Shown: one piece after another, positions 21,851 through 32,200 of the stretch
Layout: every line of letters begins with the position of its first letter
Position numbering within the stretch: position 1 is the stretch's first letter
DNA from: Paracoccaceae bacterium
GTDB taxonomy: Bacteria > Pseudomonadota > Alphaproteobacteria > Rhodobacterales > Rhodobacteraceae
Assembly: GCA_022448925.1 (NCBI GenBank)
Contig: JAKVCP010000001.1
Location: 6,456 to 70,455, forward strand
DNA length: 64,000 nt
Direction of reading: 5' to 3'
Position numbers and translations under genes: made by a program
The notes under the pieces: model-generated
What the model saw: the letters and a program-made list of their open reading frames with translations, nothing else
Told to the model about the DNA's origin: nothing
Databases searched by the model: none

Positions 21851-23224
21851 ATGGCAACTGAAATCCTCATGCCCGCCCTGTCCCCCACGATGGAGGAAGG
21901 CACCCTGGCCAAATGGCTGGTCAAGGAAGGGGATGCCGTCAATTCGGGCGATATCCTCGCCGAGATCGAAACCGACAAGGCCACGATGGAGTTCGAGGCC
22001 GTTGACGAAGGCGTCCTCGGCAGGATCTTGGTCCCGGAGGGCACCCAAAGCGTGATGGTCAACACTCCTATCGCCGTTCTGGTAGAAGAGGGTGAAGCGG
22101 TCCCCGACAACGCGCCCACGTCCGCGGCTGCCCCGGCGGCGCAGTCCGCCGCGGCCGTCGAGGTGGCCCCTTCAGGGCACGCCGAGCAGGACGCCCCCCT
22201 ACCCGCCCTACGCCTCACTCAGGATTGGCCCCAAGACACCCCCGTCACACAGCAAACCGTCCGCGAGGCCCTGCGCGACGCCATGGCCGAAGAAATGCGC
22301 GCCGATGAAGAGGTCTTCCTTATGGGAGAAGAGGTCGCCGAATACCAAGGCGCCTACAAAATCAGCCAAGGGCTTCTGGACGAATTTGGGGCTCGACGCG
22401 TGATCGATACGCCCATCACTGAACACGGGTTTGCCGGTGTTGCAGTCGGTGCAGCCTTCGGCGGCCTCAAACCCATCGTTGAGTTCATGACCTTCAACTT
22501 CGCCATGCAGGCGATGGACCAGATCGTCAACTCGGCTGCGAAAACACTTTACATGTCCGGCGGTCAGATGGGCGCACCCATGGTCTTCCGAGGCCCCAAC
22601 GGCGCTGCCGCCCGCGTCGCCGCCCAACACAGCCAGGACTACGCTGCCTGGTACGCCCATATCCCCGGCCTGAAAGTTGCGATGCCCTACTCGGCCTCTG
22701 ATGCCAAAGGCCTGCTGAAATCGGCGATCCGCGACCCCAATCCCGTGATCTTTCTGGAAAACGAAATTCTCTATGGCCGCAGTTTTGACGTGCCGCAAAT
22801 GGATGACTTCACCATTCCGTTCGGCAAGGCCCGCATCTGGCGCGAAGGCTCTGACGTGACCCTTGTCAGTTTTGGCATCGGCATGACCTATGCGCTTGAA
22901 GCCGCCGACAAACTCGCAGACGATGGCATCAGCGCCGAGGTCATCGACCTTCGCACCCTGCGTCCCATCGACTACGACACACTGCTGGCCAGCGTTCAGA
23001 AAACCAACCGCTGCGTCACCATAGAAGAGGGCTTCCCCGTCGCCTCCATCGGCAACCACCTCTCGGCTTATCTCATGCAAAACGCCTTTGACTGGCTGGA
23101 CGCGCCCGTGATCAACCTGACCGGCAAAGACGTACCAATGCCCTATGCGGCGAACTTGGAAAAATTGGCCTTGGTCACCACTCAAGAGGTCGTCGCCGCA
23201 GTCCAAAAGGTCACTTACAAGTGA
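21851..23224 (+). CDS. pdhB: Pyruvate dehydrogenase E1 beta subunit with N-terminal lipoyl domain
   Basis: N-terminal lipoyl domain (ETDKATMEF), an Ala/Pro linker, then the transketolase-like E1 beta body. Confidence 0.92.
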   Translation: MATEILMPALSPTMEEGTLAKWLVKEGDAVNSGDILAEIETDKATMEFEAVDEGVLGRILVPEGTQSVMVNTPIAVLVEEGEAVPDNAPTSAAAPAAQSAAAVEVAPSGHAEQDAPLPALRLTQDWPQDTPVTQQTVREALRDAMAEEMRADEEVFLMGEEVAEYQGAYKISQGLLDEFGARRVIDTPITEHGFAGVAVGAAFGGLKPIVEFMTFNFAMQAMDQIVNSAAKTLYMSGGQMGAPMVFRGPNGAAARVAAQHSQDYAAWYAHIPGLKVAMPYSASDAKGLLKSAIRDPNPVIFLENEILYGRSFDVPQMDDFTIPFGKARIWREGSDVTLVSFGIGMTYALEAADKLADDGISAEVIDLRTLRPIDYDTLLASVQKTNRCVTIEEGFPVASIGNHLSAYLMQNAFDWLDAPVINLTGKDVPMPYAANLEKLALVTTQEVVAAVQKVTYK

Positions 23225-23380
23225 GCAAGGGCCATCTCATGTCGCGCATTGTCAGCCCCAGATCCAGATCCATTGGCCGTTTCAGAATCATCAGACCGGC
23301 GAAAAAGTCGCCAGGAAGCTTACCCGCTTCGATGCATCCCATACCCTACGAATCTGCCCCTCTCCTCAAGGAGATATGTC

Positions 23381-24673
23381 ATGCCCATTGAATTGCTGAT
23401 GCCCGCCCTGTCTCCGACAATGGAAGAAGGCACCCTCGCCAAATGGCTGGTCAAAGAGGGTGACAACGTCGCCTCTGGCGACGTGATCGCCGAGATTGAA
23501 ACCGATAAGGCCACCATGGAATTCGAGGTGGTGGACGATGGCATCATCGGCAAAATCCTTGTCCCCGAGGGCACAGCAGCCGTCAAGGTGAACGCCCCCA
23601 TCGCCGTCCTGCTCGAAGAGGGCGAAACCGCCCAGGACATCAGCGCCACCTCGACACCCGCCCCGGCGGCGCAGCCCGCCGCGGCTGCCGAGGAGGCCCC
23701 CAAAGGGGCAGCCGAGAAAGCAGCCCCCCCAGCCCCCGCCAAGGGCGACCGCATCTTCGCCTCACCGCTTGCCCGCCGCATCGCCGCCGACAAGGGCCTC
23801 GACCTTGCGACCCTCACCGGCACCGGCCCCCGCGGACGTATCGTAAAAGCCGATGTCGAGGCCGTCGCCGCGGTCCCGGCCCCGCACCCCAAGTCAGCCG
23901 CCCCCGCGCCTGTGCCCGCCGCGGCACCGGCCCCCGCACCCTCGGTCAGTGCCGACCAGATCCTCGCCATGTACGAGGGCCGCGAGATCACCGAGGTGCC
24001 TCTGGATGGCATGCGCCGCACCATCGCCGCGCGCCTGACCGAAGCCAAGCAAACCATCCCGCATTTCTACCTGCGCCGCGACATCCACCTGGACGCGCTT
24101 TTGAAATTCCGCAGCGAAATCAACGCGCAACTGGCCGCGCGTGGCGTCAAGCTGTCTGTCAATGACTTCGTCATCAAGGCCTGCGCCGCCGCCCTCCAAG
24201 CGGTGCCAGATGCCAACGCGGTCTGGGCCGGTGATCGCATTGTCAAACTGACGCCATCGGATGTCGCAGTTGCAGTGGCAGTGGAGGGCGGATTGTTCAC
24301 GCCGGTTCTGAAAGATGCAGACACCAAATCATTGTCAGTCCTGTCCGCAGAGATGAAAGATCTGGCGGCCCGCGCCCGAGAGCGGAAACTGGCCCCACAT
24401 GAGTACCAGGGCGGAAGTTTTGCCATTTCAAACCTCGGAATGATGGGAATCGAGAACTTCGACGCCGTCATAAACCCGCCCCACGGTGCCATCCTCGCCG
24501 TCGGCGCGGGTGTGAAGAAACCCGTGGTCAACGCGGACGGAGACCTCTCTGTCGCGACCGTCATGACAGTCACCCTCAGCGTCGATCATCGGGTGATCGA
24601 CGGCGCACTTGGCGCGGAACTTCTGGCTGCAATCAAGGACAACCTGGAAAATCCGATCGCCATGCTGGCCTGA
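23381..24673 (+). CDS. pdhC: Dihydrolipoamide acetyltransferase (E2) of pyruvate dehydrogenase
   Basis: Lipoyl domain, E3-binding domain, and catalytic domain with DHRVIDG. SD AGGAGA precedes the ATG at 23381. Confidence 0.9.
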   Translation: MPIELLMPALSPTMEEGTLAKWLVKEGDNVASGDVIAEIETDKATMEFEVVDDGIIGKILVPEGTAAVKVNAPIAVLLEEGETAQDISATSTPAPAAQPAAAAEEAPKGAAEKAAPPAPAKGDRIFASPLARRIAADKGLDLATLTGTGPRGRIVKADVEAVAAVPAPHPKSAAPAPVPAAAPAPAPSVSADQILAMYEGREITEVPLDGMRRTIAARLTEAKQTIPHFYLRRDIHLDALLKFRSEINAQLAARGVKLSVNDFVIKACAAALQAVPDANAVWAGDRIVKLTPSDVAVAVAVEGGLFTPVLKDADTKSLSVLSAEMKDLAARARERKLAPHEYQGGSFAISNLGMMGIENFDAVINPPHGAILAVGAGVKKPVVNADGDLSVATVMTVTLSVDHRVIDGALGAELLAAIKDNLENPIAMLA

Positions 24674-24680
24674 GTCCATG

Positions 24681-24700
24681 CGCGGGGCCGCGCCCCGCGC
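24681..24700. terminator. GC-rich hairpin between the convergent pdhC and gdhA (possible bidirectional terminator, no U-tract)
   Basis: GCGCGGGG-CCGCG-CCCCGCGC palindrome sits exactly between the two stop codons. Confidence 0.3.
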
Positions 24701-24709
24701 CATGCCAAG

Positions 24710-26080
24710 TCAGACGACCCCATAAGCCAGCATCGCGTCCGCAACCTTCTTGAAGCCCGCGATATTCGCACCTTTCACATAGTCGCAGTATTCGCCGCCC
24801 GCCGGATCGCCATCGGTCACGCCATACTGCAGGCACCTGTCGTGGATGCCCCGCATCAAATCCCGCAACCGCGCTTGCAAATCGTCTTCGGACCAAGAAA
24901 TCCGTGCCGAATTCTGGCTCATCTCAAGTCCTGACATTGCCACACCGCCTGCATTCGCAGCCTTGCCAGGCGCAAACAGGATCTTTGCCTGCTTGAAGAC
25001 CTCGACCCCGTCCAGATCGGTTGGCATGTTGGCCCCCTCGGTCACGGCCTGACAGCCGTTGGCCACCAACACCCGGGCTTCGTTTCCGGACAACTCATTC
25101 TGCGTCGCGCAGGGGGCTGCCATGTGGCAGGGCACGCCCCACGGTCTTTGACCTTCGTGATATGTGGCGTTGGGAAACATCTCGGCATAGGCGGCGATAC
25201 GGCCCCGGCGGCGGGTTTTGTGTTCCTTGACCCAATCGATCTTTTCCTGCGTGAAACCATCCGGATCATGCACAAATCCCCGGGAATCCGACAGGGTCAA
25301 AACCCTGCCCCCCAATTGTGTAATCTTTTCAGCCGCGTGGGTTGCCACATTCCCCGACCCCGAAATCACAGCAGTCTTTCCCTCGATATCCTGTCCCGCG
25401 CGGCGCAACATGTCCTGCAGAAAATAGACCGCGCCGTATCCTGTTGCCTCAGTTCGAACCAGGCTGCCGCCATACTCCAGACCTTTGCCGGTCAAGACCC
25501 CGGTGAACTGATTGGTGATCCGCTTGTACTGACCAAACATATAGGCGATTTCACGGGCGCCTACGCCAATGTCACCAGCCGGTACATCCACATCTGCGCC
25601 GACATGCCGGTAAAGTTCGGTCATGAAACTCTGACAAAAGCGCATCACCTCATGATCTGATTTCCCCTTCGGATTGAAGTTTGCTCCGCCTTTTCCGCCG
25701 CCCAGGGGCAGGCCCGTCAACGAGTTCTTGAAGGTCTGCTCAAAGGCAAGGAATTTCAGGACACTTTCTGTAACGGAAGGATGAAACCGAATACCCCCCT
25801 TGTATGGCCCGATCGAGTTGTTGTTCTGAACGCGCCAGCCGCGTTGAACGCGGATGTTGTTGTTGTCATCTTCCCAACAGACCCGGAAACTGACCACGCG
25901 ATCGGGTTCTGCGATGCGTCGCAAAATCTGATATTCGTGATATTCTGTCTTGTCTTGAATAAAGTCGAAGATGTCCTGAGCGACCTCATGAATGGCCTGG
26001 ACAAATTCAGGTTGGCCGGGATTGCGACGCTTGACCCCCTCCATGAATTGATTGAAATCCACATGATCCGCTGCGGTCAT
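24710..26080 (-). CDS. gdhA: NADP-specific glutamate dehydrogenase
   Basis: Colinear with E. coli GdhA. Motif GGGKGG present. Start set at MTAADHV by alignment to the E. coli N-terminus. Confidence 0.9.
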   Translation of the reverse strand: MTAADHVDFNQFMEGVKRRNPGQPEFVQAIHEVAQDIFDFIQDKTEYHEYQILRRIAEPDRVVSFRVCWEDDNNNIRVQRGWRVQNNNSIGPYKGGIRFHPSVTESVLKFLAFEQTFKNSLTGLPLGGGKGGANFNPKGKSDHEVMRFCQSFMTELYRHVGADVDVPAGDIGVGAREIAYMFGQYKRITNQFTGVLTGKGLEYGGSLVRTEATGYGAVYFLQDMLRRAGQDIEGKTAVISGSGNVATHAAEKITQLGGRVLTLSDSRGFVHDPDGFTQEKIDWVKEHKTRRRGRIAAYAEMFPNATYHEGQRPWGVPCHMAAPCATQNELSGNEARVLVANGCQAVTEGANMPTDLDGVEVFKQAKILFAPGKAANAGGVAMSGLEMSQNSARISWSEDDLQARLRDLMRGIHDRCLQYGVTDGDPAGGEYCDYVKGANIAGFKKVADAMLAYGVV

Positions 26081-26290
26081 GAGCCCCTCCTCTAAATTTT
26101 TCAACAACTTATGGTTGGAAAACGTCAATCAGCAGCGCCTGGATTCAATGCCAGACCACCGATGTCCACCACAGATCCAAGTTTTGTTGGGGGCCTTACA
26201 CAAAGCAAGACATTCTTTCACGCATATCTGAAAACACAAAAAGGCGTGCCGGGTCGCGACACGCCTTCTACCGCATTACGGGAAAACCGG

Positions 26291-27094
26291 CTACTGGCCC
26301 AGCAACTGATCCATGCTGACCGAGGGCTGCGCGCATCCAGCTTCGCCCACGACCTTGGCGGGAACGCCAGCAACGGTCTTGCAAGGCGCAATATCGTGCA
26401 GGACCACCGACCCTGCCGCAATACGCGAGCAATTGCCAACCGTGATATTGCCCAACACCTTTGCGCCAGCACCAATCAAAACTCCATCACCAATCTTTGG
26501 ATGGCGATCCTCTTCTTCCTTGCCGGTCCCGCCAAGCGTTACCGAATGCAACATCGACACATTGTCACCAACAACGGCGGTTTCCCCGATGACGATCGAG
26601 TGGGCGTGGTCGATCATGATCCCTTTCCCGATCCGTGCCGCAGGATGAACATCGATCCCAAACACCTCCGAACAACGCATTTGAAAGAAGTACGACAAGT
26701 CCTTGCGTCCCTGTCGCCACAGCCAATTTGCCACGCGATAGGTCTGAATCGCCTGGAAGCCTTTGAAAAACATCAAGGGCTGCAGAAACCGATGACATGC
26801 CGGATCACGCTCATATACCGCGACGATATCAGCCCTTGCAGACAATGCCAGTGACGCGTCCGACGCATAGGCTTCGTCACAGATCTCACGCAGGATCTGC
26901 TCGGACATTTCGCCAGAGGCGAGCTTCAATGAAATGCGATACCCCAACGCACGCTCGATCGTCGGGTGATGCAAGACAGAGCTGTGAACCAATCCACCAA
27001 GAAGTGGTTCATCAACCACAGCTTGCTGAGCTTCGGTGACAATCCGGCCCCAAACCGGATCCAGTTTGGCAATTTTGGTGCGTGTCTCAACCAT
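26291..27094 (-). CDS. cysE: Serine O-acetyltransferase
   Basis: Hexapeptide-repeat left-handed beta-helix. Colinear with E. coli CysE (DIHPAA-IG-GIM-DHA). Start set at MVETRT. Confidence 0.85.
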   Translation of the reverse strand: MVETRTKIAKLDPVWGRIVTEAQQAVVDEPLLGGLVHSSVLHHPTIERALGYRISLKLASGEMSEQILREICDEAYASDASLALSARADIVAVYERDPACHRFLQPLMFFKGFQAIQTYRVANWLWRQGRKDLSYFFQMRCSEVFGIDVHPAARIGKGIMIDHAHSIVIGETAVVGDNVSMLHSVTLGGTGKEEEDRHPKIGDGVLIGAGAKVLGNITVGNCSRIAAGSVVLHDIAPCKTVAGVPAKVVGEAGCAQPSVSMDQLLGQ

Positions 27095-27255
27095 CTGCAC
27101 TTCCCCTACTTCGCCTCGGTATAGCAGATAGGGTAGAGGAGCGGAAACGCAATATCGTGATGAGTGCGCAAGACAGCAAAGCCATGTGGCCTGAGTTCTT
27201 GATGCTGCGCGTTGCATCTATCTCTGTCTTGGTAAACCCAAACGAAATTAGGCAA

Positions 27256-27981
27256 TCACCCTTCTGTTTGAGGTTGGTGATTTTCGTAGCGCGCGCGCTC
27301 TTGATCCATAGAGGTGCGCCAGCGTGCACGTAACGCCGATGCTCTTTCTGGAATTCGTTGGTCTAGAATATCCGCTGAAATCATGCGATCCGTTCGGAAA
27401 TAGCGAAATCCGCTTCTGAGTTCACACCACCCGGCAAGAATGCGCCCCGTGTCCCGATAACCAAGCAAAATTGGCCAGACCACACGTTCGGTAGTCGTTC
27501 CAGAACCACTTTCGTAGATCAAGGCAATCTTTCGGTGGGTTCGAATAGCATTCCTGAGCAATGAGGAATTGACCCTTTCAAGTGCTGGGGCAACAGGCGC
27601 GATACTCGTCGCAGGTTCCAGCACGTGTCCCCGCAAACGTTCAGGAACGACAATCTCGATCTTTGCAAGAAAGTTGAGCGCGGCCTTTGCCAAATCCGGC
27701 TCACCTCTACTTGCAACCCAATGTGCGCCCAAAACGGCGGCATCCAACTCGTCCGAGGTTAGCATCAAGGGCGGCATGTCAAAGCCCTTTTCAAGGACAT
27801 AACCGATACCAGCTTCACCCCGGATTGGGACATCTTGCGCCATCAAGGCCGCGACATCTCGATAGACCGAGCGCTTTGACGACCCCAATTCTTGCGCAAT
27901 CTTCTCAGCCGAGACTGGGCCACTTACACGGCGTAGCAGTTGCACAATCTCAAAAAGGCGTTCTGCCTTGCGCATGATCAC
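27256..27981 (-). CDS. YafY-family transcriptional regulator (N-terminal HTH + WYL domain)
   Basis: Typical N-terminal wHTH (RLFEIVQLLRR...SAEKIAQELGSSKRSVYRDVAAL) and a C-terminal WYL-like ligand-binding region. Confidence 0.65.
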   Translation of the reverse strand: MIMRKAERLFEIVQLLRRVSGPVSAEKIAQELGSSKRSVYRDVAALMAQDVPIRGEAGIGYVLEKGFDMPPLMLTSDELDAAVLGAHWVASRGEPDLAKAALNFLAKIEIVVPERLRGHVLEPATSIAPVAPALERVNSSLLRNAIRTHRKIALIYESGSGTTTERVVWPILLGYRDTGRILAGWCELRSGFRYFRTDRMISADILDQRIPERASALRARWRTSMDQERARYENHQPQTEG

Positions 27982-28081
27982 ACCCCTTTGCTTTATGCTG
28001 CCACCATGCTGTCAGCATGCCATATTCATCTGGCTCAGAAAACATGACAGGACGGTGTTTGAAACAGAAAGTGAGGTCATC

Positions 28082-28474
28082 ATGATCAAGGGAAGCTGCT
28101 GCTGCCAAGCCGTTCAATTTGAGTTGTCAAACCCACCGTCATTTGTGGGAACCTGCCACTGCTCACGGTGTCGAAAAGTTGGCGCAAGCACAATTGCATT
28201 TGTCAAACGCGAAGATGTGAAATGGATCAAAGGCAAAGACTGCGTTCAGGTTTTCGAACCGGTTGCGCCTTACATTTATCCACGCTCGTTCTGCAAGATC
28301 TGCGGCACATCCTTGGGAGAGATCCTATCGGACGAGGAAAGCTTCCCCATAGCCGCGAACGCGCTGGATACGGATCTGGGCCTTGTGAACCAATCCCACG
28401 AGTTCGTTGGCGAGAAGCCTTCATGGTATGAGATTTGCGATGATGCCCCCCAGAATACAGGTCATCCAGAGTAG
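28082..28474 (+). CDS. GFA (glutathione-dependent formaldehyde-activating / CENP-V-like) family Zn-binding protein
   Basis: Conserved Cys pattern (CCCQAV...CHCSRCRK...CKICG). SD GAGG precedes the ATG at 28082. Confidence 0.7.
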   Translation: MIKGSCCCQAVQFELSNPPSFVGTCHCSRCRKVGASTIAFVKREDVKWIKGKDCVQVFEPVAPYIYPRSFCKICGTSLGEILSDEESFPIAANALDTDLGLVNQSHEFVGEKPSWYEICDDAPQNTGHPE

Positions 28475-28960
28475 GGACAGTCGGGCACAGAAACATTGCA
28501 GATCATTGACCGCAGCGTCTGTATGTTACCTGCTCTCGTTCTGCATGGCGCGCGTGAGCCATAGCAAATCCTTGTTTTCGACCGAGCGCCTGCCCCGCAC
28601 TTGGTACGGCAACATGAAGTGGGTCCATAGAGTTTTTCGAACACCATTCAGCCCGGGCTCACTTTGATCAAAATAGGCTCATCGATAACAAGGGCTTAGG
28701 TGACAACAGCGCAGGTCTACCGCCAAACGTGACAGACATCCCCAAGAGCGTTCAGCGCATCCGCGACCAAGACGCATGCGTTTTACGCTTGGACACATAT
28801 GACCCGCGCGGCTCAATAGTCCAGCGGTTGGGACCTACAGGTTCAAAGATCCCGCAGCTGCAACTGAGACAGACCCGGCACCGATCACAGCACATGTTGC
28901 AGGCCCAAGCGACGGACCGCCCGCGATGCGCTGACGTCACAACGGGACATCACCTGTCCA

Positions 28961-29245
28961 TCAAGCAGCCCGGTAAGCAGTAATCCGCTGCAAGACTGTG
29001 ATCAAGCAGGACGCGTAATCTGGATCATCCAGACGCGGCTCATGCGCCAAATCAAACCGTCGGGCACTGGTCATCAAACTACCGGTGCCCCAGACCGGAT
29101 GAACCCGACCGGTTTGAAACAAATGCTGATGCGCTGCGTTTGCATCCTCGATGATCCGATCTACAAGATCCCGTCGCGTTTCCGCAGGCGCTGCCAAAAG
29201 CGCCCGCGCTGCCACAGTCAGATCGCCGTGCAAGACTGGTCTCAT
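28961..29245 (-). CDS. Hypothetical 94-aa protein translationally coupled to GTA g15
   Basis: Its ATG overlaps the g15 TGA (ATGA on the minus strand). No recognisable family. Confidence 0.4.
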   Translation of the reverse strand: MRPVLHGDLTVAARALLAAPAETRRDLVDRIIEDANAAHQHLFQTGRVHPVWGTGSLMTSARRFDLAHEPRLDDPDYASCLITVLQRITAYRAA

Positions 29246-32200
29246 ACGGGAAGATCAATCTCTGCTTCTGCGCCGGAACCAAAGAGGTCCGAGATTTGGG
29301 CAACTGTTATCCGAGCCCCGGCTGCCAGGCCATCCTGCGCACGCTCCTGTGCGGCATAGACCCAGTCTGGACGTGTCACCTGTGTTTCACGCACGACCGT
29401 TTGCCCTTGCATCACGCGGACTCGGTAGCGTTCGCTCACCTCGCCCAATGGGACGGTCTCTGGCTCCCAGGCATCCCCTGCAATGCGTGTCCTTCGTACC
29501 CAGGAAAACGAAAGGTCACCTTGATGTTCTTGCATCGCCAAATGTACCGGACTGTAAGGCCGCAGGCCGATGCCAACAAACGCATGTTGCTGATAAACAT
29601 AGCTGGGGTCGTCAAACGGACGCCGTGCAGGCCCGATCCGATAGTGCCGCGAAACGTCACGAAGGCTGCTTGGCAACTCAATCTGTTGAGGAACACCGTC
29701 CAATGCAACGACAAACGATCCGACAGGCCACTGCGCAGGTACCTCGGACTCGGTGCCGAACTGACCGCGCAAACGGTGACTGAGAAGCCAGGTTTCTTCG
29801 CCGATCAAGCTGGCGTCCCGCGCCTGGAACACCTCCCATCCATCCGGAGTACCATCGCCAATCGCAAAAAGATTGCCGCCCGAAAAGAAAACGTCATCGG
29901 GAACAGATGACAGGGTCCCGGAAAGCATGCGCACCTGAACCGCATCGCCACGATCCACACGCCCGGAAGGCGCTGCAAACATCGGGGTTTCGGTTACTCC
30001 GATGGAAGCACGGGCCGCAAAGATCTGGTTCAATGCATAATCCGCATCTGTTGGTGCATCAAACACGGCGACTGAACCCGGCCAAGGATCCGCAGTCAAG
30101 GCCAAATGGGGGGCCTGCGGGTCTTCGTTGCCGGTCAGCAATGGCAGCTCCATGAACAGCGGCAGCACTGGGACAACAGGCACGAAGGCCTCAAGCCGCG
30201 TCGCATCTTCGGGGAACTCGGCCGGAAGATAGACATCGGGTTCGACCCGAACCGCCTCGACGGTTCTCATGGTTCCCATTTCAATACGGTCGATCCTTAC
30301 GAGGACATCTTCGTCAGCAGAGTGAACGCGCAAAAGATCACCTGCACCAATGTGACTCCAGGACGGGGGTAAGGCAAATCGCAATGAATCCCGCGATATG
30401 CGCGACTCAGCAAGCCATCGCTCGGCAATTTGATGCCCCTCGGCCCTTGTCAGCAACAAAGGCAGCGTTGTTGTTGACACCGCATGAGTTGCTTCATCAG
30501 GCAAAACAGCTTCGACCTCGGCCACTTCAAAACTGGCGTCGGCCTCGGCAAATTCCAAGCGAACCCGACCAGCCAGATCTGACTCTCCTGATCGACGCTC
30601 TTCCAGATCGCCATCCAGTTCGTCACTCAACGCAAGATCGTTGCGGGTCACAGTGCCTGCTATCACCCCCGACCTCATTTGGAATTGCAGAACACCGTCG
30701 CGTTCAATCGCGTCAAACCCGTAGGCCAGCATCAACGGCTGCAAGGACCGCCGCGCGTCAGATACGCGATCCACAACATATCCGCGGACGACTCCATGCA
30801 GTCGGCTGACATCATACGCGATCAGACCCGAGCGTTCGCAAATCTCTGCAACGACAGAGGCCAAGCGCCGTCCAGAAGCCCGCCCCGTTATCCAGTGACC
30901 GCGGCGATAATTCGGCCCGTCAGACCACAATGCCTCGTTGCCTGGAAACCAAGGGTATGGTCTGGCGTCCCAAGCCCATACAAACGCCCGTGACAGATCG
31001 ACCATCGGCGCGCCGTATTCCTCAGAGACCGGATTGTTTTCCGGCCTACTCCAATACCCCAAAACGGCACGCAAGTACTGAATCTGCAATACTTCGTCCC
31101 GCAAGCCATTGGAGAAATATGGCAAACTGCTTTCTGACGACTTCGGATCAAGGAACTTATTCGGTTGATTGGTGCCCTTGTCGATCGCCGCACAGCCCAG
31201 TTCGGTCATCCAAAGTGGTTTTGACTGAGGCACCCAATCCGTAGGGGTTTCTGACCTTACGCCGCCAACTCTTTCGTGATGCCGATTGCTCCACCAATTG
31301 CGCAGGTCCTTGTAGCGGAACACCCAGGGCTCGCCATGAGCACCATCCGCTATCGGCTCTCGTCTTTGCGTCGTGCGGGCACCTTCACTGGGGTAATACC
31401 AGTCATAGCCCTCTCCTCCGGCAACATTGGACGTCAGATAGTCCAGATCATAGATCGAGCCCCACCCAGCGTCCGCATGATCTTCGCCGTCACGCCAGTC
31501 CGAAAGCGGCATGTAGTTGTCGATGCCAACGAAATCGATCTCATCATCTGCCCACAATGGATCGAGATGAAAATACACATCCCCCGAACCATCCTGAGGA
31601 TGATAACCAAAATATTCGGACCAATCTGCCGCATATCCTATCCGCGTATCGGGACCCAGCAGCATGCGAACCTCGGCCGCCAAAGCGCGCAAATGGACAA
31701 CTGCTGGAAAACTGCTTTCCCCGCGGATCTGTGTCAAAGCGCGCATCTCAGACCCGATGCAAAAAGCCGATACACCACCGCCGGCCACACAAAGAGCGGC
31801 ATTGTGGAGAATGAAACGCCTATAGCTCCACTCATCAGGACCAGAGTATGTTACGGCTCCATCTTCTACTGTGAAGTCTGCTGCAGATGCAGTGCCAAAA
31901 AAGGCGTCGACTTCAGATTCTGATGCACCAGTGCCATCTGTCGATCCCGCACGACCCGGCGCGGCGTCCAAAGTGATCCGGCCACGCCATGGCAAGGCTG
32001 GCTGATTGTCGGCGCCAGTCCAGGGATCCTCCAACCCGTTATCGGCGAGTTGCTCCATCAAGATGAAGGGATAGAACATCACATCTTGGCCCAGTTCGGC
32101 CATTCTCTGTATCGCCTGAACAACCGAACCATCTGCAGGCGTCCCGCCATAGACAGGCGCACCATTGGAATCCGCCGGCACCACCGATGCAGTCATTCGG

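Noticed and set aside
22090-22200. Ala/Pro-rich low-complexity stretches in pdhB and pdhC (22090-22200, 23640-23960), which might be mistaken for repeats or CRISPR-like periodicity
   Set aside because: These encode the flexible [10 protein letters not shown] hinge linkers between lipoyl and catalytic domains of 2-oxoacid dehydrogenase subunits. They are not spacer-repeat arrays.
28790-28870. tRNA-like segment (TAGTCCAGCGGTTGGGAC resembles a D-arm; GGTTCAAAGATCC resembles a T-loop) in the non-coding gap between the GFA gene and the GTA cluster
   Set aside because: I could not fold a complete cloverleaf. There is no 7-bp acceptor stem with a matching 3' end, and the anticodon stem does not pair. 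At most it is a degenerate tRNA remnant. tRNAscan/Aragorn would be needed to settle it.
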